From the NCBI GenBank assembly GCA_951406725.2, contig OX597820.1:77438001-77502000 (forward strand): a stretch of 64,000 nt of DNA, in the 5' to 3' direction. Shown here one piece after another: positions 1 to 13,309 of this stretch. The DNA comes from Octopus vulgaris. Its lineage: Eukaryota. The notes beneath the pieces are model-generated. The model saw nothing but the letters and a program-made list of their open reading frames with translations. It was not told the DNA's origin and did not search any database. Every line of letters begins with the position of its first letter. Within the stretch, counting starts at the first letter, position 1. The position numbers and the translations under genes were made by a program.

Positions 1-190
1 TCTAGTCGCAGATAATCTACTCCAGAATTAATTCATTCTAAGCCTGGTACTTATTCTGTCTGGTAATTATTTTGCCAAACCACTAACTTTCGGGGACGTA
101 AACATTCCGACATCGATTGCCAAGCGATTGTGAGATGGGGGAGCACACAGAGACAAATATACACACACAATTACACACACAGGCACGCAT
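1..190 (-). mobile_element. SINE family B, degenerate 3' half
   Basis: Reverse complement resembles the 3' half of the full copies at 61125 and 61863 (GGTACTTATTCT..TTTGCCAAACC..GGGGACGTAAACA..CAAGCGA). Confidence 0.65.
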
Positions 191-231
191 ACACGCACAC
201 ACACACATGTACTTTATTTACATTATTATAT

Positions 232-316
232 ATAGCGTAATGGTTAAGAGTGCTGGCTACTTAACACAAGATTTCGAGTTCAATTACAGGCAGTGCCTTG
301 CATAATTAATAATAAC

Positions 317-379
<63 letters not shown>

Positions 380-502
380 GAGGAGGAGGAGGATAACATT
401 AATAACATCAACCCAGAATAACTTAGGAATGAGAACACAAGGCTGGGTTAAAAATTCCACCAGGACACCTGATGAAAGCTGCAGAGTAAATAAGCTGAAA
501 CG

Positions 503-504
<2 letters not shown>
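232..504 (+). mobile_element. tRNA-headed SINE-like element (family E) with internal (AAT)n and a 3' hammerhead-like core
   Basis: A-box-like TAGCGTAATGG at 233, B-box-like GAGTTCAATTAC at 276, (AAT)n at 306-376, then CTGATGA-A-AGCT..AGCT-GAAACGTC at 469-504. Confidence 0.55.
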
Positions 505-535
<31 letters not shown>

Positions 536-549
536 GAAAGCAACATATA

Positions 550-705
550 TATTTCCCGATCCATAGCTACGTAAGGCTGGTTTCTTGTTTTCTGTGGCCT
601 ATGTATCATGTATCCATCCATTGAAAGGACACTGGTCCGTTGCAGGATAGTTCATATAATGCAACATGAAGTGAAGCGTTTCCTCAAAACCACAAGGCAT
701 TGCAC
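550..705 (-). mobile_element. SINE family A-related degenerate fragment
   Basis: CAACATGAAGTGAAGCGTTTCCTCAAAACCACAA is a diverged reverse complement of the family A segment TTGTGTTCTTGAGCAAAACACTTTATTTCACGTTG (6005-6040). Confidence 0.45.
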
Positions 706-1192
706 CCCTCCTCCCTACACACACACGCAAAGAGAGAGAGAGATAGACAAACAGACCGAGTAACAGAGAGACATAGATAGATCTTTGAAGGTATAATGTC
801 GTGTTGCGTCTACCGATGTTCTGGTGTGGCTTTTCTTGGACATATACAACCCGAACAAGCCAAATTACTATGAGCTTTCACCCTCCGTATTTTCTTGATT
901 ATTCCTAGTTGTGATCTTTGTGTCTCTCCTGTATAAATATGTCCTAAATAACTTGAATACGTTGATGTTTTCCCACGCACATTTCATGGTATTCTTTGCT
1001 AGCATACACATCTCATAACGATAACTACAATTTCTATAGAAAACAAATATGTCTACGGATCTTGGACCTCTGTAATTAATATCGGAGATTAGGCCCAAGT
1101 TTTGTTCTGAGCATTTATTTGATGTACCTATTACATCATGCTTTTGTGCATTTTCTAACCTCTTACTTGCGTGCATATATGCATGCGTATAT

Positions 1193-1468
1193 GAAGGCGC
1201 ATTGTTCAGTGGTTAGAGCGTAGAGACTCATAATCATGATGCAGTGACTTTGATTCTCGGATCGGCCTATATGTTGTGTTCTCAGTGACGTCACTGGAGC
1301 TAATCTGTATCAGTCATTGCGTTTCCCTTAGATAACATCGGTCCCGTGGAGAGGGGAGGCTGGTATGCATGGACGATTGCTGATCTTTTAACAACCTTAC
1401 CTGGAATAATGCCAACGAATGGAAGTTTCTAGGCGCAATCCCATGGTCATTCATGACCGAAAGGCGTC

Positions 1469-1470
<2 letters not shown>
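1193..1470 (+). mobile_element. tRNA-derived SINE family A
   Basis: Head GAAGGCGCATTGTTCAGTGGTTAGAGCG and tail CAATCCCATGGTCATTCATGACCGAA are shared with the copy at 5925-6150. Confidence 0.8.
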
Positions 1471-1523
<53 letters not shown>

Positions 1524-1577
1524 GGTTGTGTATGATTGTGTATAGAAGAATATATTTCTCAAAGAAATTCTAACTTT

Positions 1578-1801
1578 GATTTTCACGTTTTATTTACAAT
1601 CTTAAAATAATATGACAGATGTAATTTGTAAAACATAACTGTCACCACTACTACATGAACCTAAAGATTGCACAGTATAATGCATGAAAGTATTAATTCA
1701 ATCAAAATGAACATTTAATATTCTATCATTTCATTATATCATATTATATTATATTATATTATATTATATTATGGTAAGATTGTAAATAAAACATGAAAAT
1801 C
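1578..1801. repeat. 27-bp inverted repeat, possible MITE
   Basis: GATTTTCACGTTTTATTTACAATCTTA at 1578-1604 versus TAAGATTGTAAATAAAACATGAAAATC at 1775-1801 (one mismatch). Confidence 0.6.
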
Positions 1802-2802
1802 TATATATGTGTATGTATGTCTGTGTGTACATATATATATATGCATGTGTGTGTACATGTGAGTGTGCGTGTGTGTGTGTGTGTGCGTGTAAGAAAGAGA
1901 GGGCGTGTGTGTGAGGTGAATTTCTCAAGTGACATATTTTAAATACTGTAGCTGGCCATTATTCTATATTTTTAGCGTAGAATGACGCGTGCCGGATAAA
2001 AACACGTACATTTTTCTTTCGATAAATAGATTACTACATAACCCTACGAAAAACGAAAACAAAAAGAAGGAAAATCAAAAAGAGCATTGCCTTGTAAATA
2101 TTAAACATTCAGTTTTGATCGAGTGCGCTGGACATATTTTATTTATAATTCTTCCAATTTCAGTTCAGTTATCACTTCAATAACTGTGCATGTATTTTAC
2201 ATATTCTGCGCTATCGCCGTTTATAAATGTTGTTATTATTGTTCACTTCTCTTTTTTCGTCAAACGTAGAGTGATGTATATTTAAAGCATGACAATGAAG
2301 AACATTTGCAGTCTGTAATTACCTTTGCTTACTGGTAAAGCATTAATTCTATTCACAATGGAAACATTCGTTATCTGTTACATAATTGTTGGACAAGCTT
2401 TCAAATTCCTTTCCAGCAATTCCAATATACCCGTTACCATTTATATGAAAGAATAAATATATATGTTTCAGAAAAAGTGCATTGTAACTATAAAGATTCT
2501 TTTATTCGAGACTGATGAATTGGTTTACATAGATTCCCGTCGCATATTGTAAGCACCTGGTGATTAGAAGTATCCAAATATATATTTCCATATCTAACAC
2601 ACCATGATACTTATTTAAATATGGTTAATCCTATAATTTTATACGATATACACAAAAACATTTGCATAGTAACATGCGCACATATATGATGTTTATATGT
2701 AGATGTTGTGTAATATAATATCCATATATACTGATATGTAAGAGTGTGTGTATATGTGTGTATATGTGTGCTTATGCATGTGTTTGTATGCATTTGTGTA
2801 TA

Positions 2803-2863
<61 letters not shown>

Positions 2864-3978
2864 GGGGTGGGGTGATCGGTCTTATGTGTTTTTTTATGTG
2901 TATATATTTGAGGGTGTAATTCTGAGTGTGTTTGTGTATATATTGAAATCTGTCTACGCATCATCTTAACAGCGCCGTCTGTTACCATCTGATAAGAGTA
3001 TAACAATCTGAATATGTTTCAAAGCAATTACATTCCATGCATCTCCTGTGGTTGAATACTTAAATGGTTCCTTGTTTTAAATTCGTAACATGCATCATGG
3101 AAGTGCCTCATTAAAAACGATATTTCACTGGAATATAACGTCTCTATAATTACATGTTTATAATGGCAGAACAGAATTCCGACGCTCAAACCTTGATATT
3201 AAGGCATTTAAAACCCATTTATATTGAAATAACGATTAAATTAGAAAGTCTTTAGGCGCAGTCACAACACACAGCCAGTTGCAATAATTGCAACATGTCC
3301 TGTCAAAGTGCAGGTAGTTCAATATATATCAAATTTCCAAATTCCTAAAAGGTAACGTTACGCTGAATTATTTGCTTTCACGTGATACATCTGCATTATA
3401 ATATAGCTGTACTGAGCCGGAGGGAGGATATTTATGATTAAAATAATAAGTGCTTTAAATAATTATGCATTGTTACGCCTTACTTAGATTTGTGCGGTGC
3501 TGTATATTTAGAGCTAAGCCTCAAACGCGTAATAGTTCGATTGCTTTCCTCAATTCGCCTCCAGAAATTTTGTCGGATTTGAAATTTGTCAAAACGATAG
3601 ACTGTGGTCAAATTTGAAGATCTACAATACACACGCACACAGACTCACACACACACACAGACGCGGGCGCAAACACATACATGCAATAATGATACATCAC
3701 ACGTATGATAGCTATATCTATTGATCTATCTTTGTATCGATCTATAAGCATATATAAGTAATTGTATGACGCGGGAGAAGCAATGGTTATGTTATGAACT
3801 TCATACGCTTACAGCTGTTTCTAGTATAAGACGCACCTGATACAGTTAAGTGCGTAAATAACATCCTGTAGCTTCACCGGAGCATCGAATATGAAGTGCC
3901 ATTTATTTGGAAATATAAAAAAAAAACAATTACATGTGAGCAATATACAGGGAACGGATTACCAATGTGATAATGAAG

Positions 3979-4375
3979 ATAATGGAGAATGCATGCATAA
4001 AATAATTAATGCATTTATTATAATAGTCAAATCATATTGCCTACACATGTTTCGATTTGTTGCTTAGATTTATATTAATGCTATTAAATTGCATTATGAA
4101 TTTGAAAAAGCAAAACCCTACGTTATGGCTGAAATAGTTTGATAAGAAAGGAAAATCGTGGCTGTTATTTCTTCATATATTTCCATGGATGGAACGTACA
4201 ATTCTAATTGAATTTTAGCAAGTCTTCTTGGATACTGTTCTATTTTTTTCAAATTCATAATACAATTTAATTTCATTAATATGAACCTAAGCAACAAACT
4301 GAAACATGTGTAGGCAACATGATTTGACTATTATAATAAACATATTGATTATTCTATGGTTGCATTCTCCATTAT
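3979..4375. repeat. Diverged fold-back inverted repeat (~130-bp arms, ~135-bp spacer)
   Basis: ATAATGGAGAATGCA..TTATTATAATAGTCAAATCAT..GCCTACACATGTTTC..TTATGAATTTGAAAAA at 3979-4109 is mirrored at 4245-4375. Confidence 0.85.
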
Positions 4376-4592
4376 GTTTGTATTGTTAAAACATTTTCTT
4401 GTATATCGAAAAGATGATAACCTCTATAAGGACAAGTGGAATTTCAAAAAGTATAAGGTTGTAGTATCAAAGAAGAAGCAACGATAAACACTAGTACATA
4501 AGGACAGATGGAATTTGCAGTATTGTTAATTGATATAAATGCAGGCTTGGATGGATATCCCTATGAAAGAACAACGTCTCTCTTCACAGTCT

Positions 4593-4686
<94 letters not shown>

Positions 4687-4857
4687 CATTCACACACCCA
4701 TATATGTATGGATCAAAACAGCTTGATTCAAATTCAAAATGGCTGACGATTAGCATCACCCTTGAATCACACTGTTTTGATTCATACATGTAACTCCCAA
4801 TAAAGCTGTTGAGTGCTCTTCTCTCGTTTGTCCACTCATGTATATATATATATATAT

Positions 4858-5232
4858 GGAGGCGCAATATGGTTAGGCAGCGGACTCGCGGTATAGGATC
4901 GCGGTTTCGATTCCCAGACCGGGCGTTGTGAGTGTTTATTGAGCGAAAACACCTAAAGCTCCACGAGGCTCCGGCAGGGGATGATGGTGATCCCTGCTGT
5001 ACTCTTTCACCACAACTTTCTCTCACTCTTACTTCCTGTTTCTGTTGTACCTGTATTTCAAAGGGCCGGCCTTGTCACTCTCTGTGTCACGCTGAATATC
5101 CCCGAGAACTACGTTAAGGGTACACGTGTCTGTGGAGTGCTCAGCCACTTACACGTTAATTTCACCAGCAGGCTGTTCCGTTGATTCGGATCAACCGGAA
5201 CCCTCATCGTCGTAACCGACGGAGTGCTTCCA
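4858..5232 (+). mobile_element. tRNA-derived SINE family C, young full-length copy
   Basis: GGAGGCGC..GGTTAGG..GGTTTCGATTCCC Pol III boxes; nearly identical to 30170-30543 and to the reverse complement of 51615-51991; inserted in (TA)n. Confidence 0.9.
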
Positions 5233-5619
5233 TCCATATATATATATGTGTGTGTGTAATTTTTCCCTTTCTCTTAAGGACTGGACGTATTCTGTCTCTC
5301 TTCTACGTTTCCTCTTTTTAAGGAAAATATTTATCCAGCGTTCGTTATTTTACCCTCTTCATATTTGTCTACATTCCGTATCCTTTTGTGACGCCACAGT
5401 CCTTTATTTGCTCCCCAACTTTGACCCTCCAGAAATCCAAAATTTTATTTTGGAAACTGTCTTTGAAGACACATATTGTTGTTCAATGCTCAAGATGAGG
5501 AATAGATAGAAAGCAGACAACTGATGAAGTGTCGTTCTTTGTGCTATTTGTCCTATTTTCCGTTTGTTTCTCTTGTTGTTTGCGTATGAACTCATTTGCT
5601 TTCGTATTACGTCCTGTAC

Positions 5620-5924
<305 letters not shown>

Positions 5925-6150
5925 GAAGGCGCATGGCTCAGTGGTTAGAGCGTCGAGCTTACGATCGTGAGGTTGTGAGCTCGAATCCCGGACCGGGCTG
6001 CGTGTTGTGTTCTTGAGCAAAACACTTTATTTCACGTTGCTCCAGTTCACTCAGCTGGTCTTCCATAAACAACCTTGCCCGGACTTGTGTCTAGGAGGGT
6101 AACTTTCTAGGTGCAATCCCATGGTCATTCATGACCGAAGGGGGTCTTTT
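5925..6150 (+). mobile_element. tRNA-derived SINE family A, internally deleted relative to the 1193 copy
   Basis: TGGCTCAGTGGTTAGAGCG A-box, GAGCTCGAATCCC B-box, same tail as 1193-1470. Confidence 0.85.
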
Positions 6151-6193
<43 letters not shown>

Positions 6194-6924
6194 GATCTGA
6201 TTAACGATAATTGGTATTCTGACCGGAAGAGGACAAATGTGTCAGAATCCTGGGAAAAATGTAAGTCCCATGCAGCCGAGTCAAACTAGTTTAGGTGTTT
6301 ACTATCGTTTATGTCGTTTGTCACATACTTCATATATATAAAGAAAACAGAAAGTGGAACAAGAACGTAAGAGGCGACATCAAAACATCCGGACAGTTAG
6401 ACGATGCGAAAAAGGACAGGAAAAACAAAGACGGGTCATTCCTATCCTCAGTCGAGTTCCAGATCGCCTTTGCAGTTTCGGGCGGTTACACTCGAGGTTG
6501 CTCCAAACAACCCTAAGAGCAGTAAACTCCTTGGAAGAAACCTAGCGTATGTATAAGATAACAAGGACGAAAAACGCAGAATAGTCCACAAATACAAATA
6601 CAAATAACAGGACATTAAGAACAGGTGTGTTTCTATTAAGGATGAGTTAAATTAAGCTGGCGTGTGTGGAAGTGAAGCCCTACGGCAGGAACGTAAAAGT
6701 TGAAAGTCACGCGAAGGAATACGAGAGATGCTACACGGATGCTAGTCGAACCAAGAAAGAAATGTGAGGCTTAGCGGAACACCGATTACGTGGAGGCAGA
6801 GGAGAGAGGTAGGCGAGAGGGCTTGAAGAATTAGGCAGGGACGAGAAAGAAAGAAAAAGGAATGAAAGGGACAGAGTGACGTACAAGTGGAGGGAAAGTG
6901 AGAATATATATATGTGTGTGTATA

Positions 6925-7326
6925 CAGTGGGGCAAAATAAATATTCGTACATGTCAAAATTCTTTATATAATTTCTAATGAATATAAATGGGATATACCA
7001 ATACTATATTTGCATACACATGTATAAATTAAGAGTATGCAAAAGAAACTAATAAATTATAGTAAGTAAGGAATTTATATTAAATTATAAATATTTAGGG
7101 GTGAAAAAAAGTATTCGTTCAGAACAAAAATATCTGATAATTCTGATTTAATTTATTCATAATTTTCTATAAATTCATTAGTTACTATAATTTATTCGTT
7201 TCTTTTGCATATTCTTAGTTTATGAATGTGTATGCAAATATAGTATTAATATATCCCATTTATGTTCATTAGAATTTAAATAAATAAAGAATTTTGACAT
7301 TTACGAATATTTATTTCCCCCCACCG
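6925..7326. mobile_element. Tc1-like MITE with long TIRs (IR/DR type)
   Basis: TA|CAGTGGGGCAAAATAAATATTCG ... CGAATATTTATTTCCCCCCACCG|TA; ~165-bp inverted arms; internal copy of the terminal motif (GGGGTGAAAAAAAGTATTCG, ~7097). Confidence 0.85.
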
Positions 7327-7790
7327 TATATATATATATATATATACAGACTTAGACGAATATATATGTATATGTTCATATATATGCATTCATATAGCTA
7401 TATATGTGCAGGTGTGGTGAAAGTCAACGTTCTGTGAAGCTTCTAAAATAGAGTTCGAAAAATATTAAACTCAAAACATAAAATGGTTGAAAGAATAATC
7501 ATTGATTCACGTTTTATTATTCATCGGAGGTATGGCGATGCAAGCGGGAAAGAAACATTTATTATTCAAGTGTGTTTCGAATATTCCACAGATATCCAAT
7601 ATCTAATATCGATATTACAATATCATCATCAGAAATGTTTAATATTCCACATTTATGGAACATCAATTAAAAAGGACCTTTCATTTCTTGGAAAAATATT
7701 TTTGGTCTATCCTTTAAGTAAAGTTAACTCAGGGATTTTTTTCACACAAATACCAACTAGATTCACACAGGTACATACACACACGGTTAC

Positions 7791-7794
<4 letters not shown>

Positions 7795-7868
<74 letters not shown>

Positions 7869-7933
7869 ATATATAAAGAGAGAGAAAAAGAGATAGATAG
7901 ATAGACAGATACATATATACATACATATATACA

Positions 7934-7974
<41 letters not shown>

Positions 7975-8040
7975 TGGAGAGATTGTGGATACATAATATA
8001 TATACATATATGTAAATATATATTTACAAATGTATATATG

Positions 8041-8091
<51 letters not shown>

Positions 8092-8187
8092 ATTTGTATA
8101 TATTTAATATATATACATATATATAATATATGTATAAATATATATATATATGGATATATATATATAAAATATATATATACATGTATG

Positions 8188-8269
<82 letters not shown>

Positions 8270-8270
8270 A
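7795..8270. repeat. Compound (TA)n/(TG)n/(GATA)n microsatellite field
   Basis: Seen directly in the sequence. Confidence 0.95.
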
Positions 8271-8919
8271 ATAAATGTAGAGGTATCGATTCGCAACTAC
8301 ATCGAGAAAGAGATAAGTAGTTCGAGAGGTAGGTGGACATCCGGGGATGTATATATTCATGTATGTATGACCGTATATATGTGTGTATCTCTGGGCGTTA
8401 ATATATGTGAATGTGTGTGTATATTTCTATTTAAAGCACTCCGTACATGTAATAATGTTCGTAACATTAAAAGCGCTTGTATTTCGCATTTCAACTTTTC
8501 CGACAACATAGCGAGATTATCGGATTAGCATTATTGAAAATATTCGTTTTAGTTTATACAAATGGATACGTATGTTAATGCCCCGAACATTTTGGTATAT
8601 ATCCATGGAATCTTCTACAATATACAAACACGTATCCTGATAATATTCAGAAGAAAATCAACTGATGTATGATTTTTATGCTTTTGATTTCCTGTGAATA
8701 TCATCTAATCCCGTCGGAATTACAAACATCTATGGACATCGGTTTGGCAACATACAGCTTCCTCTTTGAATATATATTTACATTTATACCAGTATTCATT
8801 GGTCACCTTCGCCGTTTTAGTGAGTAACGCTAAGAGCAATCTGGTACGTTTAGTCATAAAAAAACATCCGCTAGAACTGACATGATACAATCTACAAGTA
8901 ACAGTAAATGTATGCTTTA

Positions 8920-9110
8920 TAACGTGGGCATAATGCCAGTAATTTTGAGAGAAGGGTGAAGTGAAGTATATCGACTGCAGTGCTCCACTTGTATCACTGG
9001 TACATATTTAATCGACACCGAGAAAGGTAATATGCAAAGCAGACTGCGACACTAATTGTACATAAAATACAGTTATAGCATACGTAGTCTGATCAATAAC
9101 TATCCGGACG
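8920..9110 (-). mobile_element. SINE family D, degenerate
   Basis: ACTGGTACATATTTAATCGACACCGAGAAAGG resembles the reverse complement of the D core. Confidence 0.5.
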
Positions 9111-9204
9111 GTACAAAAATATATGGCTTGCAACATTAGTACAAAAATATATGCTTTGCATACAAAAAATGGTGGAACGATCTGACAGAATCGTTTGTGC
9201 ATTA

Positions 9205-10031
9205 CGAGGGCTTATTAGTAAGTATCCAGAGTGTTGTCATGGTAACGAAGCTAAAACGCGCAGAGTAAATCCGCATAGCACAGATTGACCTTGAACTCTG
9301 CTGTGCGTGCGCACTAGCTCAGTTCTGCTGTTTACAGCGATATTGGAAAGGCGAGTAGAGTGTGGTCGTCAGACTGACTAAGACAGAGAAAGTTGTCATG
9401 GCGATAACTGCTCAGAGGCCAAAACAACATTTTCAAAAAGGTTTTCATTATTCTCGACACTATCAAGAAGTTCTTGTGCTACTGAAACCCGAGTGTCTTT
9501 TCGGTCAGGTGAAAGCAGTTTTGATACAAATTTTGGCAGACAAGCGTTTGATATCCAAATATTCAGTGATAATGGATTCAAAATGAGCCCTTACTAATCT
9601 GCACATCCTCTACTAACTCACGGATGGTGATTCGACGATTCCCCCTCACAGCTGCACGCACTTCTACAATATTTTTCTCAGTTCTGCTGGTTACGGGTCT
9701 CCCAAAACGTTCATCCATATCGACATTTTTGGGACCACATTGGAAACATCTGAGACTCTCTTACACTTTTGTGAGCCTCATACACTCCTCACCATACACT
9801 TTCTGCCACTTAGCGTAGGACTCTGAGCAGGTATCGCCATAACAATCTTCTCTGTCAGGGACCATGCAACGATCACACGCTACAATCCAAGCACTGCAGA
9901 AGACAACAGACGTCAAAAATACTGCGCATGCACAGCAGAGTTCAGCGTCAATCATTGCCAAGCAACTTTAGTCTGCGTCCTTTAGCTTCGTTACTATGGC
10001 AACAGTCCGTATACTTACTGATGAGACTTCG
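9205..10031 (-). mobile_element. Mariner-family DNA transposon, internally deleted
   Basis: TA-flanked ~110-bp imperfect TIRs (CGAGGGCTTATTAGTAAGTATCC.. / ..CGTATACTTACTGATGAGACTTCG); minus-strand transposase remnant KFVSKLLSPDRKDTRVSVAQELLDSVENNEN; same family as 36165-36844. Confidence 0.85.
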
Positions 10032-10479
10032 TAATGCCGCTAAGCATTTGCTTCGGCGCACGAACGATTCTGTCAGTTCGTCCCACCATTTTAGTTTAAA
10101 TGCAAAGCACATATTTTTGTACTGCTTGGCACAATAAAACGTATGCAATAGAACTATAACATTTCTAAATCTTTCAGAGAGATTTATACAGTAGCAGCAC
10201 GATAAAGGGATGGTATGTTGCCAACTTAATGTGGCAGTCCCATTGAAGGAGAGAATGCTGCTGCTATTTAGCCCTTGGAAACACCGTTTCCACTTGGTCA
10301 TGACACATGTTGTGTGTCCTTGTGTTTTCAAAGGGGAGATAAGCACCTCCACCCAGCAAAGCCAGCATCAGAGACAAGTTTCAGAGTGATTGCTCATCAT
10401 CAGTCTGGAGTTGCATGGCCCGCTAGCTGTTGATGCTTATTCGCTTTTGAAACATAGATTTGAAGTGAAATACATAACG

Positions 10480-11184
10480 TATTTGATTTCAAAATGCAAC
10501 GATATATTGCTGCACTTTGGAAAACGTATGCAAATCCTGAAATTCAATAAGAACTACATACTGATGTTCTTAGACAAGGCATAGCGATGAAGTTTTCATT
10601 TTATTAAAAGTCATCTACTTTGTAGGAAGCGTTCGAATTATTAACAAACACCTATGCATATATGTATGTATTTATGTATGTAGTATGTATGTCTGTATGT
10701 ATTTATGTATGTAAGTATGTATGTGTACCTCTGTGTGTTTATGGGTGCATTTTTGAGTATGCCTGTATTTCTGTCTACGCATTGCAACAACATGCATTAT
10801 ATCAGATTATCTCTTCCATATTTACAGCACATTTATTTCAATTTTTTAAAACTCAGTAATACTAGTGCCTGCATAATTTTTTATTAGTCTCTGGACAAAA
10901 TTCATAATACTGTTTTGTTGATTAACATTAATGTAGCTACTTTCTTTTGGATTCCAATATATTACACGATTTGGTGTTATAAAACAAACATTTTATGGCG
11001 TTTCTGCATTGAAGCCTGTCAAAAGTTACCCCGAGAAAAAAATCCATATTCCCCTGAAATCCATTGAAATATTGCGTTCTTACTCATGCGCGGAATTGAT
11101 AGCTTTTTGACATATATTCCAAAGTGCAGCAATTTATCAATATTTCGTAGGAATCTATACATCGTTGCATTTTGAAATCAAATA
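10480..11184. repeat. Inverted repeat (~55-bp arms with an indel, ~570-bp spacer), possible old DNA transposon
   Basis: TATTTGATTTCAAAATGCAACGAT..TTGCTGCACTTTGGAA at 10480-10522 is mirrored by TTCCAAAGTGCAGCAA..ATCGTTGCATTTTGAAATCAAATA at 11117-11184. Confidence 0.65.
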
Positions 11185-11482
11185 TTCTGGATGGGCACAC
11201 TGAATTTACATTTTCCTAAATGGTTAGATATGTTTGATTATGGAACCGCCACTATCACATTGATGCGGATTTATTACGCTTAAAATTTCAACGTGTACTT
11301 CTACACAGATGAAGCAGTGTTTTTATGATAATGCATAAAGAAGTAAGATAACAGCAATGTGTCTCTATGAACAACAGAAAACGTTAAGAAAGGTATTACA
11401 AACAACGTCTACATACAAGGGAAAATATCAAAAGACGAGAGGAGAGTAATAAAGTAATACAACTAATTTATAATAGTTACGA

Positions 11483-11533
<51 letters not shown>

Positions 11534-11647
11534 CACTGCATTAAAACAAAACATGAATAATAAGATATACATGGCATATAATTTTGCACTAGAATAAAGT
11601 TTCACAGAATAATATTTGTTTATTAGTTATAACGAATGGAAAATCAT

Positions 11648-11705
<58 letters not shown>

Positions 11706-11723
11706 GATGCATACACAGATACA

Positions 11724-11772
<49 letters not shown>

Positions 11773-11773
<1 letters not shown>

Positions 11774-12010
11774 CGCAGCAGTGGCTGTGTGGTAAGTAGC
11801 TTGATTACCAACCATATAGTTCCGGGTTCAGTCCTACTGCATGGCACCTAGGGCAAGTGTTTTCTAGTATAGCCTCGGGCCGACCAAAGCCTTCTGAGTG
11901 GATTTGGTAGATGGAAACTGTAAGAAGCTTGTCATATATATATATGCGTGTATGTGTGTGCGTGTGTGAATGTGTATTTGCATGTGTGTGTATGTTTGTG
12001 TGTCTGTGTT
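11773..12010 (+). mobile_element. SINE family B, 5' half
   Basis: GTGGCTGTGTGGTAAGTAGCTTG..GGGTTCAGTCC head and GTGGATTTGGTAGATGGAAACTG body. Confidence 0.85.
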
Positions 12011-12340
12011 CGTAGGGGCATGCGTATTATGTAGCAGACCCAGCTAAAAGCTTATGAAAATCATAAGATAATTCTTTATTCCTTTTTCATCATTACTTTC
12101 TAACACACATATACGCACATACAAACATACAGACACAATGACAAATATACTTTCTTGTATATAATGGTTATATATTTAACGTGAAGCGTAAATGTCGTCT
12201 GAATTGTTGGAAATATTCGTAGAGAACTCTAACTGTAAGTGATTTAGTATCAAGATAAACGTTTCGGACCGCTCAATATTCAAATATCAGATTTTCAAAC
12301 AGGGAATTAAGTGATGTATTTCAATTTTAGAATATTGAAT

Positions 12341-12805
12341 ATGGCGGCAAGCTGGCTGAATCGTTAACACAGTGAGCTGACAGAGTCGTTAGCACGCCGG
12401 GCAAAATACTTAAGTCGCATTTCTTCCGTCGCTACATTTTAAGTCCAAATTCCGCTGTGGTAGACTTTCCCTTTCATCCAATGAGAATCCACAAAAGAAA
12501 TACCAGTTAAACCATTAATCAACTTACCTCCTACCCCGACATCGGTAGTATTGTTCCAAAATCTGAAACCGATATTATGCTAGTCGAGAAGGCTACAAGC
12601 TGGCATAATGTTTAGCACGCCGGGTAAAATGCTCAGCACCATTTCTTACGTCTTAACCTTCGGAATTCAAATACTACCGCTGTTGACTTTGCCTTCTATG
12701 CTTTCGAAGTCGATAAAATAAGTACCAGTTGAGCATTGGGGCTGGTATAATTTACTTAAATCCTCCCCCGATATTGCCTGCCTTGTGCCAAAATTTGAAA
12801 TCAAT
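12341..12805 (+). mobile_element. Two adjacent degenerate SINE family D copies, the first with a duplicated head
   Basis: GGCGGCAAGCTGGCTGAATCGTTA head and GACTTTGCCTT..GTCGATAAAATAAGTACCAG core. Confidence 0.7.
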
Positions 12806-12854
12806 GTTGGAATATTAATTTTAGAATTTGCGTTCTCAATTCAAAGATTAGCAG

Positions 12855-13150
12855 CAGGCATTGCTGCGTAGTTACGAAGTTCGTTTAGCAGCAACGTGAC
12901 TTTAGATTCAGTCCCACTGCGCGGTACCTTTAGCAAGTGTTTCCTACTATAGCCCCACAGCGACAAACGCTGTCTCAATGACTTTCGTAGACAGAAAATG
13001 TGTGGAAGCATTTCGCATATCTATCTAAAATGTTTACGAACCTGTGTGTTTCTCTTACCATCGCTTGACAGAGGCAAATGGTTTGTTTACTTTCCCGTAA
13101 ATTCGTGGTTCGGCAAAACCACAATACAATAGACCGAGAGTCAGTCCTGA
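12855..13150 (+). mobile_element. SINE family B, degenerate
   Basis: TTCAGTCCCACTGCGCGGTACCTTTAGCAAGTGTTTCCTACTATAGCC and CATCGCTTGACA motifs. Confidence 0.6.
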
Positions 13151-13309
13151 TTTGATTAGACTTGAAGCTCCAAAACATTGGCAAGGCACAATATGTGTAC
13201 AAATGGTCCTAATACCATAAAATGTGGTTCTTAAGTATTCTTAGACACAAGTGATACTTAAATAAAAACTTAAGAAAAAAACGGGTTTGGAAAAACAAAT
13301 TAAGAAGTT

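Noticed and set aside
790-1180. Possible GIY-YIG remnant (HIYTGET on the minus strand)
   Set aside because: Only one short motif with no supporting neighbours.
5925-6000. Possible tRNA genes at SINE heads (also 4858, 30170, 61125)
   Set aside because: Each continues into a SINE body and lacks a clean acceptor stem and terminator.
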